DNA from: Bacteroidales bacterium
Lineage (GTDB): Bacteria; Bacteroidota; Bacteroidia; Bacteroidales; WCHB1-69
Assembly (NCBI GenBank): GCA_016285145.1
Contig: JAEEQE010000003.1
Span: forward strand, 412-64,411
DNA length: 64,000 bases
Direction: 5' to 3'
This document shows positions 21,998 through 31,633 of this stretch, in pieces; the first letter of the stretch is position 1; each line of letters begins with the position of its first letter. The notes beneath the pieces are model-generated. The model made no database searches and had not been told where the DNA came from. It worked only from the letters and a program-made list of their open reading frames with translations. The position numbers were made by a program, and so were the translations under genes.

Positions 21998-22932
21998 ACA
22001 TCCTCGATGTAAACAACGTTAGCAAACAATACGCCCGTCATCTGGCGCTGGACAGGGTTTCCTTCAGTGTGCGGGAGGGGGTGATTTTCGGTCTGCTCGG
22101 TCCAAACGGGGCGGGCAAGACAACCCTTATCCGCATTCTGAACCAGATCATCTATCCCGACTCCGGCAATGTGCTGTTCAAAGGACAACCACTGTCGGCG
22201 AACGATGTGCGGCAGATTGGCTATCTTCCCGAAGAGCGCGGTCTCTACAAGAAGATGAAGGCCGGAGAACAAGCTCTCTATTTAGCCCGTCTCAAGGGCA
22301 TGGAGCACATGGAGGCCCTCACCCGCCTGCACCACAAATTCGAGGAATACGGCATTCTGGACTGGTGGAACCGTCCCGTGGAAGAGCTTTCCAAGGGAAT
22401 GCAGCAAAAAGTGCAGTTCATCACCACCACCATCCACCAGCCGGCGTTCCTGATTCTGGACGAGCCCTTCAGCGGCTTCGACCCCATCAACGCCAACCTG
22501 CTGAAGGAGGAGATCCTGAAGCTCAAAGCAGCCGGCACCACCATCATCCTCTCCACGCACAACATGTCTTCCGTGGAAGAGATCTGCGACGAGATTGCCC
22601 TCATCAACCACGCCCAAAAAATCCTGGACGGCAATCTCTTCGAAATCAAAAACCGTTTCAAGAAGAATATCTTCGCAGTGGAGGTTTCGAACGAAGAAAA
22701 CTCTTTGGCCGATGACCTCCAAAATGATTTCGAGGTCATCCAACGGCAGACACTCCCCCACTCCATCCGCTACGACATCCGACTGCCGGAAGGCAAGAGG
22801 GCCAACGACCTGCTCAACGTCTGTATGCGCCACAGCAACATCCTCTCTTTCCACGAGACACTTCCCTCTATGAATGAGATTTTCATCGAACAAGTAGAAC
22901 ATTTCAACCAACTGTGCCATGAAAAAGAATAA
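21994..22932 (+). CDS. ABC transporter ATP-binding protein (ABC-2 / NatA-like)
   Basis: Walker A GPNGAGKTT, signature LSKGMQQK and Walker B FLILDEP. ATGA overlap with the upstream gene. Confidence 0.85.
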   Translation: MNILDVNNVSKQYARHLALDRVSFSVREGVIFGLLGPNGAGKTTLIRILNQIIYPDSGNVLFKGQPLSANDVRQIGYLPEERGLYKKMKAGEQALYLARLKGMEHMEALTRLHHKFEEYGILDWWNRPVEELSKGMQQKVQFITTTIHQPAFLILDEPFSGFDPINANLLKEEILKLKAAGTTIILSTHNMSSVEEICDEIALINHAQKILDGNLFEIKNRFKKNIFAVEVSNEENSLADDLQNDFEVIQRQTLPHSIRYDIRLPEGKRANDLLNVCMRHSNILSFHETLPSMNEIFIEQVEHFNQLCHEKE

Positions 22933-24244
22933 CCCCGTCCTGCTCATCATCGCACGAGAATATCTCACACGTGTACGGAAGAAATCCTTCATCCTGCTGA
23001 CCATCCTGCTGCCCATCCTGATGGCGGCCATCATCATGCTGCCGGTCCTCCTGATGATCAACAGCGAGAAAAAGCAACACACCCACGTGCTGGTAGTGGA
23101 TGAAACGGAGATTTTCCTCAATGCGTTCGAACCGAACGACAATGTCACATTCAGCTACGCTTCCGGCGACATCACCACCTTCAAACAGGACATTCTTCAG
23201 AACAACAAGTACAACTGCATCCTGCATATCCTTGACAATTCACAGTCCCTGAAATCGAACCTCTATTACAAAGAAAAGGTGCCGAGCAGCCTGTCATCCT
23301 TCATTGAGCGGCAGATGGACAATATCTTTTTTGACCGCATCCTGCAGGACTCGCTGCACATCAACCCGGCCCAATTCGAGAAGCTCCAGGAACTCACCAA
23401 AGCTGATGTGACCACCATCCAGATGGACGACAAGGGCAATGAGCGCGAGAACATTGCCGAGATCAACGAGGTTATCGGCATGGTGTGCGGTTTCTTCATC
23501 TACTTCATCATCATCATCTTCGCCAGCCAAGTGCTTCGTGGTGTGCTGGAAGAGAAGACCAGCCGTATTGTGGAGGTCATCGTCTCCTCGGTGAAGCCTA
23601 TCCAACTGTTGATTGGCAAGATTGTCGGCATTGCTTTGGTCGGCATCACGCAGTTCGTCATCTGGGTCATGCTCACCTTCGGCATCCTGCTCGTGGCGCA
23701 GATAGCCGCCCCATCGCTGATGTCCGGTTCCGTTCCCGAAACGGCCGTCCCGGGTGCCGGGATTGCCGCCGACACCCTGCCCGCCGATTTCAGCATCTTC
23801 CAAAAGATCAACGAGTACTTCTCCGTCTCCTTTGGCGAAATCATCCTTTGTTTCTTCTTCTTCTTTGTGGTCGGATACCTGATTTACGCCTCCCTATATG
23901 CCGCCATGGGCTCCGTGGTGGACAACGAGAGCGACTCACAGCAATACACGCTGCCCATCACCCTGCCGCTGCTGCTATCCATCATTGTGGTACCCTCCAT
24001 CGCCAACAACCCCAATGGCGACTTGGCCCTCTGGTTCTCCATGATCCCGCTCACCTCGCCAGTCTCCATGCTGGTTCGATTACCAGCAGGCGTACCTCTA
24101 TGGCAAGTTTTGCTTTCCATGGGATTAGCACTTGCTTTCCTTGTCTTCTGTATCTGGTTCGCCGCCAAAGTCTATCGGATGGGCATCCTGATGTACGGGA
24201 AGAAAGTCAGCTGGCGGGAGATTTTCAAATGGTTGAGAAAATGA
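22919..24244 (+). CDS. ABC-2 family transporter permease (NatB-like)
   Basis: 441 aa with an N-terminal TM helix, a large loop and then 5-6 TM helices. Overlaps the ATPase gene by 14 nt. Confidence 0.7.
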   Translation: MKKNNPVLLIIAREYLTRVRKKSFILLTILLPILMAAIIMLPVLLMINSEKKQHTHVLVVDETEIFLNAFEPNDNVTFSYASGDITTFKQDILQNNKYNCILHILDNSQSLKSNLYYKEKVPSSLSSFIERQMDNIFFDRILQDSLHINPAQFEKLQELTKADVTTIQMDDKGNERENIAEINEVIGMVCGFFIYFIIIIFASQVLRGVLEEKTSRIVEVIVSSVKPIQLLIGKIVGIALVGITQFVIWVMLTFGILLVAQIAAPSLMSGSVPETAVPGAGIAADTLPADFSIFQKINEYFSVSFGEIILCFFFFFVVGYLIYASLYAAMGSVVDNESDSQQYTLPITLPLLLSIIVVPSIANNPNGDLALWFSMIPLTSPVSMLVRLPAGVPLWQVLLSMGLALAFLVFCIWFAAKVYRMGILMYGKKVSWREIFKWLRK

Positions 24245-26142
24245 AAAGACTGCTGTGTTGGATGATACTGTGCCTGATCGGACTGTCAGCATACGCACAA
24301 GATGACAATCCGACGGAGACGCCGAAGATTGACACGGCGATGGCCATCTCGCCTGCCTACATGCCTGTTTCCACAGCCTCTCTGTCCGGCACCTTCTTCC
24401 TTCCACTGCAGTACCGCCCCATTGACACGACCATTTTCCACACCTCCGACTATGATCCTCTTTCCCACACCGAGAATCTATACCAGTCTCTCGGCATCAT
24501 CGGCCAAGCCCACAAAAACATGCTCTTCCAATACGACCGTGAAATCGGTTTCTCCCTGATCACGTTGCCGTATCCTCTTTATTTCAAGACACAGAAAGAC
24601 TTGAAATTCTACGACTTGGAGACCTCCTTCACAGACCTCGCCTACACCTACGGCACCACGATAGAGTTGACGAGCGAGCATTACTTCCGGGCCACCCACG
24701 CGCAGAAGTTCAAGTATGTGAATTTTGCCGGCAACCTGTTCGGATACAGCAATAAAGGTTATTTCATGCGTCAGGGCACCAATCTGATGGCCTTTGACCT
24801 GCTGCTGCACTACCAGACTCCCCGCAACATCTACGGGTTCACCACCTCATACATTTTCAACCGGAGCAAATACCAGGAGAACGGCGGTCTGAGCGACTAC
24901 CACGCCTTTGCCGACCGACCTGCGCGTGACACCAACGCCGTGCCGCGATTGGGCAGTTACAGCGTGGTGTTCAAGGAAGCTGCCTCCACCATCCTCACCC
25001 ACGACCTGCTGTTCCAACAATACGTGAACATCAAAGACAAGAAAGACCGCTACTACGGCACGCTAAGCCACAGTCTCCAGTTCAAGGCCACCAAATGTTC
25101 CTTTTTGGACGAGAATCTGAACAACGACTTCTATCAAAACCGCTATTTCATCAGTACCGACACCACCTATGACACATTACATTACTACCACATACTTAAC
25201 ACCTTACAGTGGTCAAACTACGACCCGTTAACGAAGCTCAGCGACAAAAACTACTTCATTTACTTCGCAGGGGGCATCCAGCACGAGTACATAAACTCCC
25301 ACTTGCCCCACTACAAGTCGAACCTCTTCTCCCTCTTCGCCCGAACCCAGATCCGACTTTTTAAGGTGTGGGATCTATACGGCTCCATCGCTTATTCCTT
25401 CCATGGATACACCAAAAACGACGCTATAGCCAACGTGTCGGCCACCTTTGCCCTCAACCGCAAATGGCGGCATTATATAGGCTTTACCGCCGGCTTTTAC
25501 CGCGTGTCGCCCGATTTTTTCTTCACCCACTATTATGGGAACAACAACTATTGGTATCACGAGTGGCCCAAAGAGAACAAACTCAAAATCAGTGCTTTCT
25601 ACACCATATTCGACTACAAGTTGAGTTTTAACTATTTTATGCTGAACAACTATCTGTTCATCAATTCAGACTACGTTCCGCAACGTTCCGAAAAGAGCAT
25701 CAACGTTGTACAGTTCAATCTGTTCGCACCGCTGCGGCTGAAGAATTTCAAGATGGACGTCAACATGTCGCTGCAGCATGCCACCCGGTCATACGTGGCA
25801 GTGCCGCTGTTCACCGGAAAGCTGTACGCTGCCTATTGCTTCCGCGTTTTCCGCAACCGGCTGAAGCTCATGGTCGGCGGCGACCTCATGTACAACACCT
25901 CCTACTATGCCGATGCCTACAATCCTCTGTTACATCAATTCTACCATCAAGAGAAAGAAAAAGTGGGCAACTATCTCTACTTTGATGCCAACCTGACAAT
26001 GCAGGTGCAGCGCATAGCCTTCTTCTTCCGCGCCGGCAACATCATCGCCGGAGCCTTCGGCTACGACTACTGCACCACCCCCAACTACCCGATGCAAGGC
26101 TTGAACTTCGAAGTTGGCATCACTTGGAAATTCTATGATTAA
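24241..26142 (+). CDS. Outer-membrane beta-barrel protein (putative porin family)
   Basis: The ATG at 24241 (ATGA overlap with the permease stop) gives signal peptide MKRLLCWMILCLIGLSAYAQ. Aromatic-rich alternating sequence ending ...GITWKFYD. The track start 23485 is an upstream read-through. Confidence 0.5.
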   Translation: MKRLLCWMILCLIGLSAYAQDDNPTETPKIDTAMAISPAYMPVSTASLSGTFFLPLQYRPIDTTIFHTSDYDPLSHTENLYQSLGIIGQAHKNMLFQYDREIGFSLITLPYPLYFKTQKDLKFYDLETSFTDLAYTYGTTIELTSEHYFRATHAQKFKYVNFAGNLFGYSNKGYFMRQGTNLMAFDLLLHYQTPRNIYGFTTSYIFNRSKYQENGGLSDYHAFADRPARDTNAVPRLGSYSVVFKEAASTILTHDLLFQQYVNIKDKKDRYYGTLSHSLQFKATKCSFLDENLNNDFYQNRYFISTDTTYDTLHYYHILNTLQWSNYDPLTKLSDKNYFIYFAGGIQHEYINSHLPHYKSNLFSLFARTQIRLFKVWDLYGSIAYSFHGYTKNDAIANVSATFALNRKWRHYIGFTAGFYRVSPDFFFTHYYGNNNYWYHEWPKENKLKISAFYTIFDYKLSFNYFMLNNYLFINSDYVPQRSEKSINVVQFNLFAPLRLKNFKMDVNMSLQHATRSYVAVPLFTGKLYAAYCFRVFRNRLKLMVGGDLMYNTSYYADAYNPLLHQFYHQEKEKVGNYLYFDANLTMQVQRIAFFFRAGNIIAGAFGYDYCTTPNYPMQGLNFEVGITWKFYD

Positions 26143-26260
26143 CAAGTTTAAGGAACCATGGATTTTGACAATGAACCTTGAATCTTTTTATTAAAAATAA
26201 TATCCACCTTTACGCCTTCAAACTTTATAAACCTTACGAACAATACAAACACGACAAACA

Positions 26261-27634
26261 ATGAATTATCGAATCGAAAAAGACACGCTCGGCGAGATGC
26301 GCGTTGAAGCGGACAAATTATGGGGGGCGCAGACACAGCGCGCCATGGAGAATTTCGTCATCGGCAAGAAAAAGATGCCTATCGAGATCATCTACGGCAT
26401 CGCCACGGCCAAGAAGGCCGCCGCATGCGCCAACTGCGACCTCGGAGTTCTGCCCGCCGACAAACGCGACCTCATCGTGACCGCCTGCGACGAGATTCTG
26501 GCAGGCCAGTGGGACGACCAGTTCCCGTTGCATATCTGGCAGACCGGTTCGGGCACGCAGACCAACATGAACGTCAACGAGGTGATAGCCCACCGCGGCC
26601 AGCAACTGCATGGCGGGAAACTGGACGACTATCCGCTCTATCTCTCTCCCAATGACGATGTTAACAAGTCGCAATCCACCAACGACATCTTCCCCACGGG
26701 CATGCGCATCGCCGCCACCAAAATGCTGCTCACGCACACCATACCGGCCATTTTGGACATCATGAAGACCTATCAGGAGAAGATTGTCGAGTACGCCGAC
26801 ATCCGCAAGATCGGGCGCACACACCTGATGGATGCCACCCCGCTCACCCTCGGGCAGGAGCTTTCCGGCCATCTGTCGCAAATTGAGCATGGACTGGACA
26901 CGCTGCTGAAGAGCATGGAGCACCTCAAAGAGCTTCCTATCGGCGGCACGGCTGTGGGCAACGGCATCAACGCTCCGGAAGGCTACGACAAACTGGCGCT
27001 CCAATACATCAACACCATCACCGGGCTGGATTTCGTGAACACGCCCAACAAGTTCGAGGCTATGGCCTCCCACGACTCGCTGGCCGAAGTGTCCGGCGCA
27101 CTGAAACGCTTGGCCATCTCGTTCATGAAGATTGCCAACGACTTCCGGCTGCTCAACTCGGGTCCGCGTTGCGGCATCGGCGAAGTGGTGCTGCCCGCCA
27201 ACGAGCCCGGCTCGTCCATCATGCCCGGAAAGGTGAACCCCACGCAATGCGAAGCGCTCTCGCAAGTATGCTGCCAAGTCATCGGCAATGACGTGGCTAT
27301 CACCACGGGCGCCATGCAGGGCCATCTGCAACTCAACGTCTTCATGCCCCTCATCGGGCGCGACCTGCTGCAGTCCTCCCGCCTGCTGGCCGACGTGATC
27401 CGCTCCTTCAACGACCATTGTCTGAAAGGCATCACGCCCAATCGCGAGCGCATCCGCATGCACCTCAACAACTCCCTTATGTTAGTCACCAAGCTGAGCC
27501 CCGTCATCGGATACTACAACGCGGCCAAGATCGCCCAACATGCCCTCAATGAGGGCCTCACCCTGCGCGAAGCCGCCCTCGAACTGAAACTTATCAGCGA
27601 AGAAGATTTCGACAAGGTAATGAAAATGGATTAA
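26261..27634 (+). CDS. fumC: Class II fumarate hydratase
   Basis: DKLWGAQTQRA, WQTGSGTQTNMNVNEV and the FumC-type signature GSSIMPGKVNPTQCEA. Confidence 0.88.
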   Translation: MNYRIEKDTLGEMRVEADKLWGAQTQRAMENFVIGKKKMPIEIIYGIATAKKAAACANCDLGVLPADKRDLIVTACDEILAGQWDDQFPLHIWQTGSGTQTNMNVNEVIAHRGQQLHGGKLDDYPLYLSPNDDVNKSQSTNDIFPTGMRIAATKMLLTHTIPAILDIMKTYQEKIVEYADIRKIGRTHLMDATPLTLGQELSGHLSQIEHGLDTLLKSMEHLKELPIGGTAVGNGINAPEGYDKLALQYINTITGLDFVNTPNKFEAMASHDSLAEVSGALKRLAISFMKIANDFRLLNSGPRCGIGEVVLPANEPGSSIMPGKVNPTQCEALSQVCCQVIGNDVAITTGAMQGHLQLNVFMPLIGRDLLQSSRLLADVIRSFNDHCLKGITPNRERIRMHLNNSLMLVTKLSPVIGYYNAAKIAQHALNEGLTLREAALELKLISEEDFDKVMKMD

Positions 27635-27686
27635 TGATAGTTTAGAGTTGAGCGATTAGAGTTGAGAGATTTTACAAATCCCACTC

Positions 27687-27721
27687 TAAACTCTAAACTC
27701 TAAACTTTAAACTCTAAACTC
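27687..27721. repeat. 7-bp tandem repeat (CTAAACT)x5, one copy TTAAACT
   Basis: Read directly in the sequence. Partly complementary AGAGTT-containing arm at 27641-27669. Confidence 0.9.
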
Positions 27722-27722
27722 A

Positions 27723-28412
27723 ATGCTAATAATCCTTACCGCCTCCTTGCTGCCCGTCATTGTCCTGCTGGTGTATATCTATCGCAAAGACCAATACCAG
27801 AAAGAGCCACTATCCCTGCTTCTGAAAGCCCTGCTTGGTGGTGTTTTAGCAGGAATGTTGGACATCGCACTGCTTACATTTTTCCGATTTGCCGAGGTCA
27901 CCTCGTTCTCAAGCGGGCTGCACCATTCTCTATATCAAGCATTTTGCCAAGCGGCCATGCCGGAAGAATTCTGCAAGCTGTTTTTCCTATATCTTTTCAT
28001 TTGGAAAAGCAAATATTTCGACGAATATTACGACGGACTGGAATATGCGGCCTGTGTGGGCTTGGGCTTTGCCGGTTTGGAAAACCTGATGTACGTTTTG
28101 GAAGGGGGTCTTGCCGTAGCGGTGGGGCGTGCCTTGTTTGCCGTACCCGCCCATTTCTTCTTCGCCATCATCATGGGCTATTTCTTCGCTTTCGCCAAGT
28201 TCAGGCCCTGGAAGAAGAGCACTTACCTCGCGTTAGCCTATATCTGCCCCGTCATCCTGCACGGCATCTACGATTTCATCCTGATGTACGGTGAATTCAT
28301 CCAGAAGACCGACACTGCCGTCGCCTCCGTACTGAACCTTATCTTCTACATCTTTTTCATATTCGTATGGAAGACAGCCAACAAACGGATCCAACGGATG
28401 TCGGGCCGATAG
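27723..28412 (+). CDS. prsW: PrsW family intramembrane metalloprotease
   Basis: N-terminal ...VYIYRKDQYQKEP, the EEFCK motif and HGIYDF in a multi-TM protein. Confidence 0.75.
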   Translation: MLIILTASLLPVIVLLVYIYRKDQYQKEPLSLLLKALLGGVLAGMLDIALLTFFRFAEVTSFSSGLHHSLYQAFCQAAMPEEFCKLFFLYLFIWKSKYFDEYYDGLEYAACVGLGFAGLENLMYVLEGGLAVAVGRALFAVPAHFFFAIIMGYFFAFAKFRPWKKSTYLALAYICPVILHGIYDFILMYGEFIQKTDTAVASVLNLIFYIFFIFVWKTANKRIQRMSGR

Positions 28413-28415
28413 TAA

Positions 28416-29384
28416 CTACCGGTTGCTGAAGAAGAAATCGCTCATCACGACGCGCACCAGCACCCCGTAGTTGAACGTGAACTTATTGCCTTCCCGAAAT
28501 TCGGGGTTCGGTGAGTTTTTCATCTGATAAATGCCCGTACGACCCATATAGCAATAGAAGGTAGGATCAAGCGACACGCGTTTGTTGATGGCTATCTTCA
28601 ATCCCGCCGCACCGGAAAACCCGAAGCCGGGACCGCCATACGTGATGTCATAGGTCTGTGCCCCAGGATAATAGCCTTCGCCATTATATGGATCCAACAG
28701 CGTGTATTCATTTCCCACAGGCTTCCCATCCTTATCCAATAAAACAGCTTTGAATGACTTGGCTTTCGCATAGTTGAACTGGATGCCAAGTTCCAAAAAG
28801 GGTTTCACATGCTTATGTACTTTGGAAAAAAGATAGGAGGCCGAAAAATCAATGGTAGAACGATCCTCCTTGCCCAACAATGCCATCACCGGAAGTCTCG
28901 TCTCATTGCCCAATGGCTGAGGGGAAGAAAGCAGACACTGTGACGAAGAGGTCAGGCGGCTGAAGGAATAGGACAACGACAGGCCCCACCCGTTGCGGAT
29001 TTTATAGCGAATACCCAACGCAATCATCATGTTCAACTTGTAGTGGTTTTCCCAATTGTAGATATCTGAACCGGGATCCAATTCCAAATACGCACTACCC
29101 ATTTGTATATCGGGGTAGTATTCACTAATAACCTCATCCATTTCTTTCTTCCAAAAATCATTGGTAAAAATATAGTTCAGGTTATTCTCATTCAGGTTGC
29201 TGCCATTATAATAATTGGCGTTGAACTTGTTGCCGATGAACATACCGCCACCGATATAGAAATCGAAGCCACGGTCGCACCAGGTGGTGTCGGAGAAATG
29301 TACAGGGACAACTTCCTGCTCCGGCTGGGCAAAAAGAACCAGCGTGAGCAAGCTTGTCACGGTTAGCAGAATCAGTTTTTTCAT
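28416..29384 (-). CDS. Outer-membrane beta-barrel protein, function unknown
   Basis: The ATG at 29384 gives signal peptide MKKLILLTVTSLLTLVLFAQ. Alternating aromatic/Gly pattern. Confidence 0.45.
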   Translation of the reverse strand: MKKLILLTVTSLLTLVLFAQPEQEVVPVHFSDTTWCDRGFDFYIGGGMFIGNKFNANYYNGSNLNENNLNYIFTNDFWKKEMDEVISEYYPDIQMGSAYLELDPGSDIYNWENHYKLNMMIALGIRYKIRNGWGLSLSYSFSRLTSSSQCLLSSPQPLGNETRLPVMALLGKEDRSTIDFSASYLFSKVHKHVKPFLELGIQFNYAKAKSFKAVLLDKDGKPVGNEYTLLDPYNGEGYYPGAQTYDITYGGPGFGFSGAAGLKIAINKRVSLDPTFYCYMGRTGIYQMKNSPNPEFREGNKFTFNYGVLVRVVMSDFFFSNR

Positions 29385-29412
29385 ATAATATATATTGTAA
29401 AAACGGTATCCC

Positions 29413-30810
29413 TTACAGGTGGACGCACTCCTTGTAGGCATCGGCGGCGGCTTCCATGATGGCCTCCGACATGGTGGGGTGCGGGAACACGGAGCGAATC
29501 ACAGCCTCGCCGGTCATCTTGTTGCGGCGAGCCATCACAGCACCGGCAATCATCTCGGTCACGTTGTCGCCAATGAGGTGACAGCCGAGCCATTCGCCCG
29601 TCTGCTTGTCGAAGATCACCTTCACCAGACCGTCGCGGCTGCCGGCAGCGGTAGCCTTTCCGGATGCGGTGAAGGGGAACTTGCCGATCAGCACCTCACG
29701 GCCCTGTTCCACACAAGCGCGTTCGGTGAGACCCACGGATGCGATTTCCGGCGTGGTATAGGTGCAGCCCGGAATATTGCCGTAATCAACGGGTTCGGGA
29801 TTGAGGCCGGCGATTTTCTCCACGCACACCTCAGCCTCGTGCGAGGCCACGTGAGCCAGCGCGGGACCGTGTACAATATCGCCGATGGCATACACGCCCT
29901 CCACGTTGGTGCGGTAGAAGTCGTCCACCACCACCTTGCCGCGTTCGGTCTGCACGCCGCACTCTTCGAGGCCGATGCCTTCAATATTAGTGGCCACGCC
30001 CACAGCGGAAAGCACGATATCGCATTCAATCTCCGTGATTTTCTCCTTGGCATCTTTAATGGTGACCACACATTTGTCGTTCACCACATCCACTTTCTCC
30101 ACAGCGGCGGAAGTCATGGTCTTGATGCCGGCCTTGCGGAAGCAGCGGGCCAGCGTGGCGGCGATGTCGTCGTCCTCCACGGGCACCAGACGGGGCATAT
30201 ATTCCACAATCGTCACTTTGGTACCCATCGTGGCGTAGAAGTAAGCCAGTTCGCTGCCGATGGCGCCGGAGCCCATCACCACCATTGTCTCCGGCAGTTG
30301 GGGCAGCGTGAGGGCCTCGCGGTAGCCGATAATCTTCTTGCCGTCTTGCGGCACGTTGGGCAGACTGCGCGAGCGAGCGCCCGTGGCCAAAACCACATGT
30401 GAGGCCCCATAGACCGTCACTGTGCCGTCGGCGGCAGTCACCTCCACCTGGTGGCCCGGCAACAGCTTGCCGAAACCGGCGATGACATCCACATTGTTTT
30501 TCTTGAGCAGATACTGAACACCCTTGCTCATCGTCTCGGCCACCGTGCGGCTGCGTTTCACCACAGCCTCGAAATCCGGTTTCACGGCACCCTCCACCTG
30601 CAAGCCGTACTCGGCCGCATGCGACATATATTTATACACTTGGGCCGACTTCAGCAGCGCCTTGGTGGGAATACAACCCCAATTGAGGCAAATGCCGCCC
30701 AATTCGGCACGTTCCACAACGGCAACCTTCATATTCAACTGCGAAGCGCGAATGGCAGCCACATAACCGCCGGGGCCGCTTCCGACCACGATTAAATCAT
30801 ACGTATTCAT
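29413..30810 (-). CDS. lpdA: Dihydrolipoyl dehydrogenase
   Basis: GSGPGGYVAAIRA FAD motif and redox-active GGICLNWGCIPTK. Confidence 0.92.
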   Translation of the reverse strand: MNTYDLIVVGSGPGGYVAAIRASQLNMKVAVVERAELGGICLNWGCIPTKALLKSAQVYKYMSHAAEYGLQVEGAVKPDFEAVVKRSRTVAETMSKGVQYLLKKNNVDVIAGFGKLLPGHQVEVTAADGTVTVYGASHVVLATGARSRSLPNVPQDGKKIIGYREALTLPQLPETMVVMGSGAIGSELAYFYATMGTKVTIVEYMPRLVPVEDDDIAATLARCFRKAGIKTMTSAAVEKVDVVNDKCVVTIKDAKEKITEIECDIVLSAVGVATNIEGIGLEECGVQTERGKVVVDDFYRTNVEGVYAIGDIVHGPALAHVASHEAEVCVEKIAGLNPEPVDYGNIPGCTYTTPEIASVGLTERACVEQGREVLIGKFPFTASGKATAAGSRDGLVKVIFDKQTGEWLGCHLIGDNVTEMIAGAVMARRNKMTGEAVIRSVFPHPTMSEAIMEAAADAYKECVHL

Positions 30811-30886
30811 ATTTCTGCATTTTATTGGATTAATTCTGAAAAAGTCTGCAAATGTACATAATTTTCAAAAACGCTCCAACAGAGAA

Positions 30887-31531
30887 TTATCGCATGTCGT
30901 TCACCTCCACGCCGGGGTGCTGACTCTTGTCGAAAACAAAATAACTGTCCGACAGGGTGACGTTGGATTTGAACTGCTCTATATAATAGGTATATACCGT
31001 GTTGTCTTTCTCGTACAGGGCAATACGAAGAATATGATGGTTGCTTTTCTGGATATAAAGGCGGATACGGTAATACGACTGCGGGCGCAATGGGGTGAGG
31101 TCCACGATGGAGACCGACTGGTTGTTGATGAATTCTTCCCGGATGAACTTGGCGCGGAAATGCTTGTCCCAACCTTTGAGGATGCGTTGCGGATTCATCA
31201 TATTGTCATCATCCTCCGGATCATACTCATAAATAGAAACTTCATTAGTGGATTTCTGGTAATTCCAAATGCTCTTCCCGTCGCAGAAAAACGATTGCCC
31301 ATTGTAGGTAGTGCGGTATTTTTCACCCTTGATGACGAAATCACCCTGCGAGGTGCTCAAGGTCTTGCCCTCTTTGGTGGCTTTCAAGGTGTAATGAAAC
31401 TGCATAGAGGTGTATGACTGGTACTTTGCAGAGACAGCCTTCAGCAAATCGCCGGCCCCGCCGTCCACATTCTGGGCCGACAGGCTCCACGTCAGGAAGA
31501 GAGCGATGAACAGGGAAAGGGTATTTTTCAT
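30887..31531 (-). CDS. lolA: LolA-like outer-membrane lipoprotein carrier protein
   Basis: Signal peptide from the ATG at 31531, about 210 aa. Conserved position immediately downstream of ftsK. Confidence 0.65.
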   Translation of the reverse strand: MKNTLSLFIALFLTWSLSAQNVDGGAGDLLKAVSAKYQSYTSMQFHYTLKATKEGKTLSTSQGDFVIKGEKYRTTYNGQSFFCDGKSIWNYQKSTNEVSIYEYDPEDDDNMMNPQRILKGWDKHFRAKFIREEFINNQSVSIVDLTPLRPQSYYRIRLYIQKSNHHILRIALYEKDNTVYTYYIEQFKSNVTLSDSYFVFDKSQHPGVEVNDMR

Positions 31532-31633
31532 AATCGATGTTTCAAAAAGGGTTAAATCAAAGGTTTGCAAAACCGAGTTGCGAAAAAAACGCGGAATAGG
31601 ATGCTTTATTGTGGCAAATGTTTAAACGTTCGC

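Noticed and set aside
23485-24240. The 885-aa track ORF starts 750 nt upstream of the beta-barrel gene
   Set aside because: The upstream part overlaps the ABC-2 permease in another frame and is Arg/His-rich nonsense. The ATG at 24241 gives a proper signal peptide and an ATGA overlap with the permease stop.
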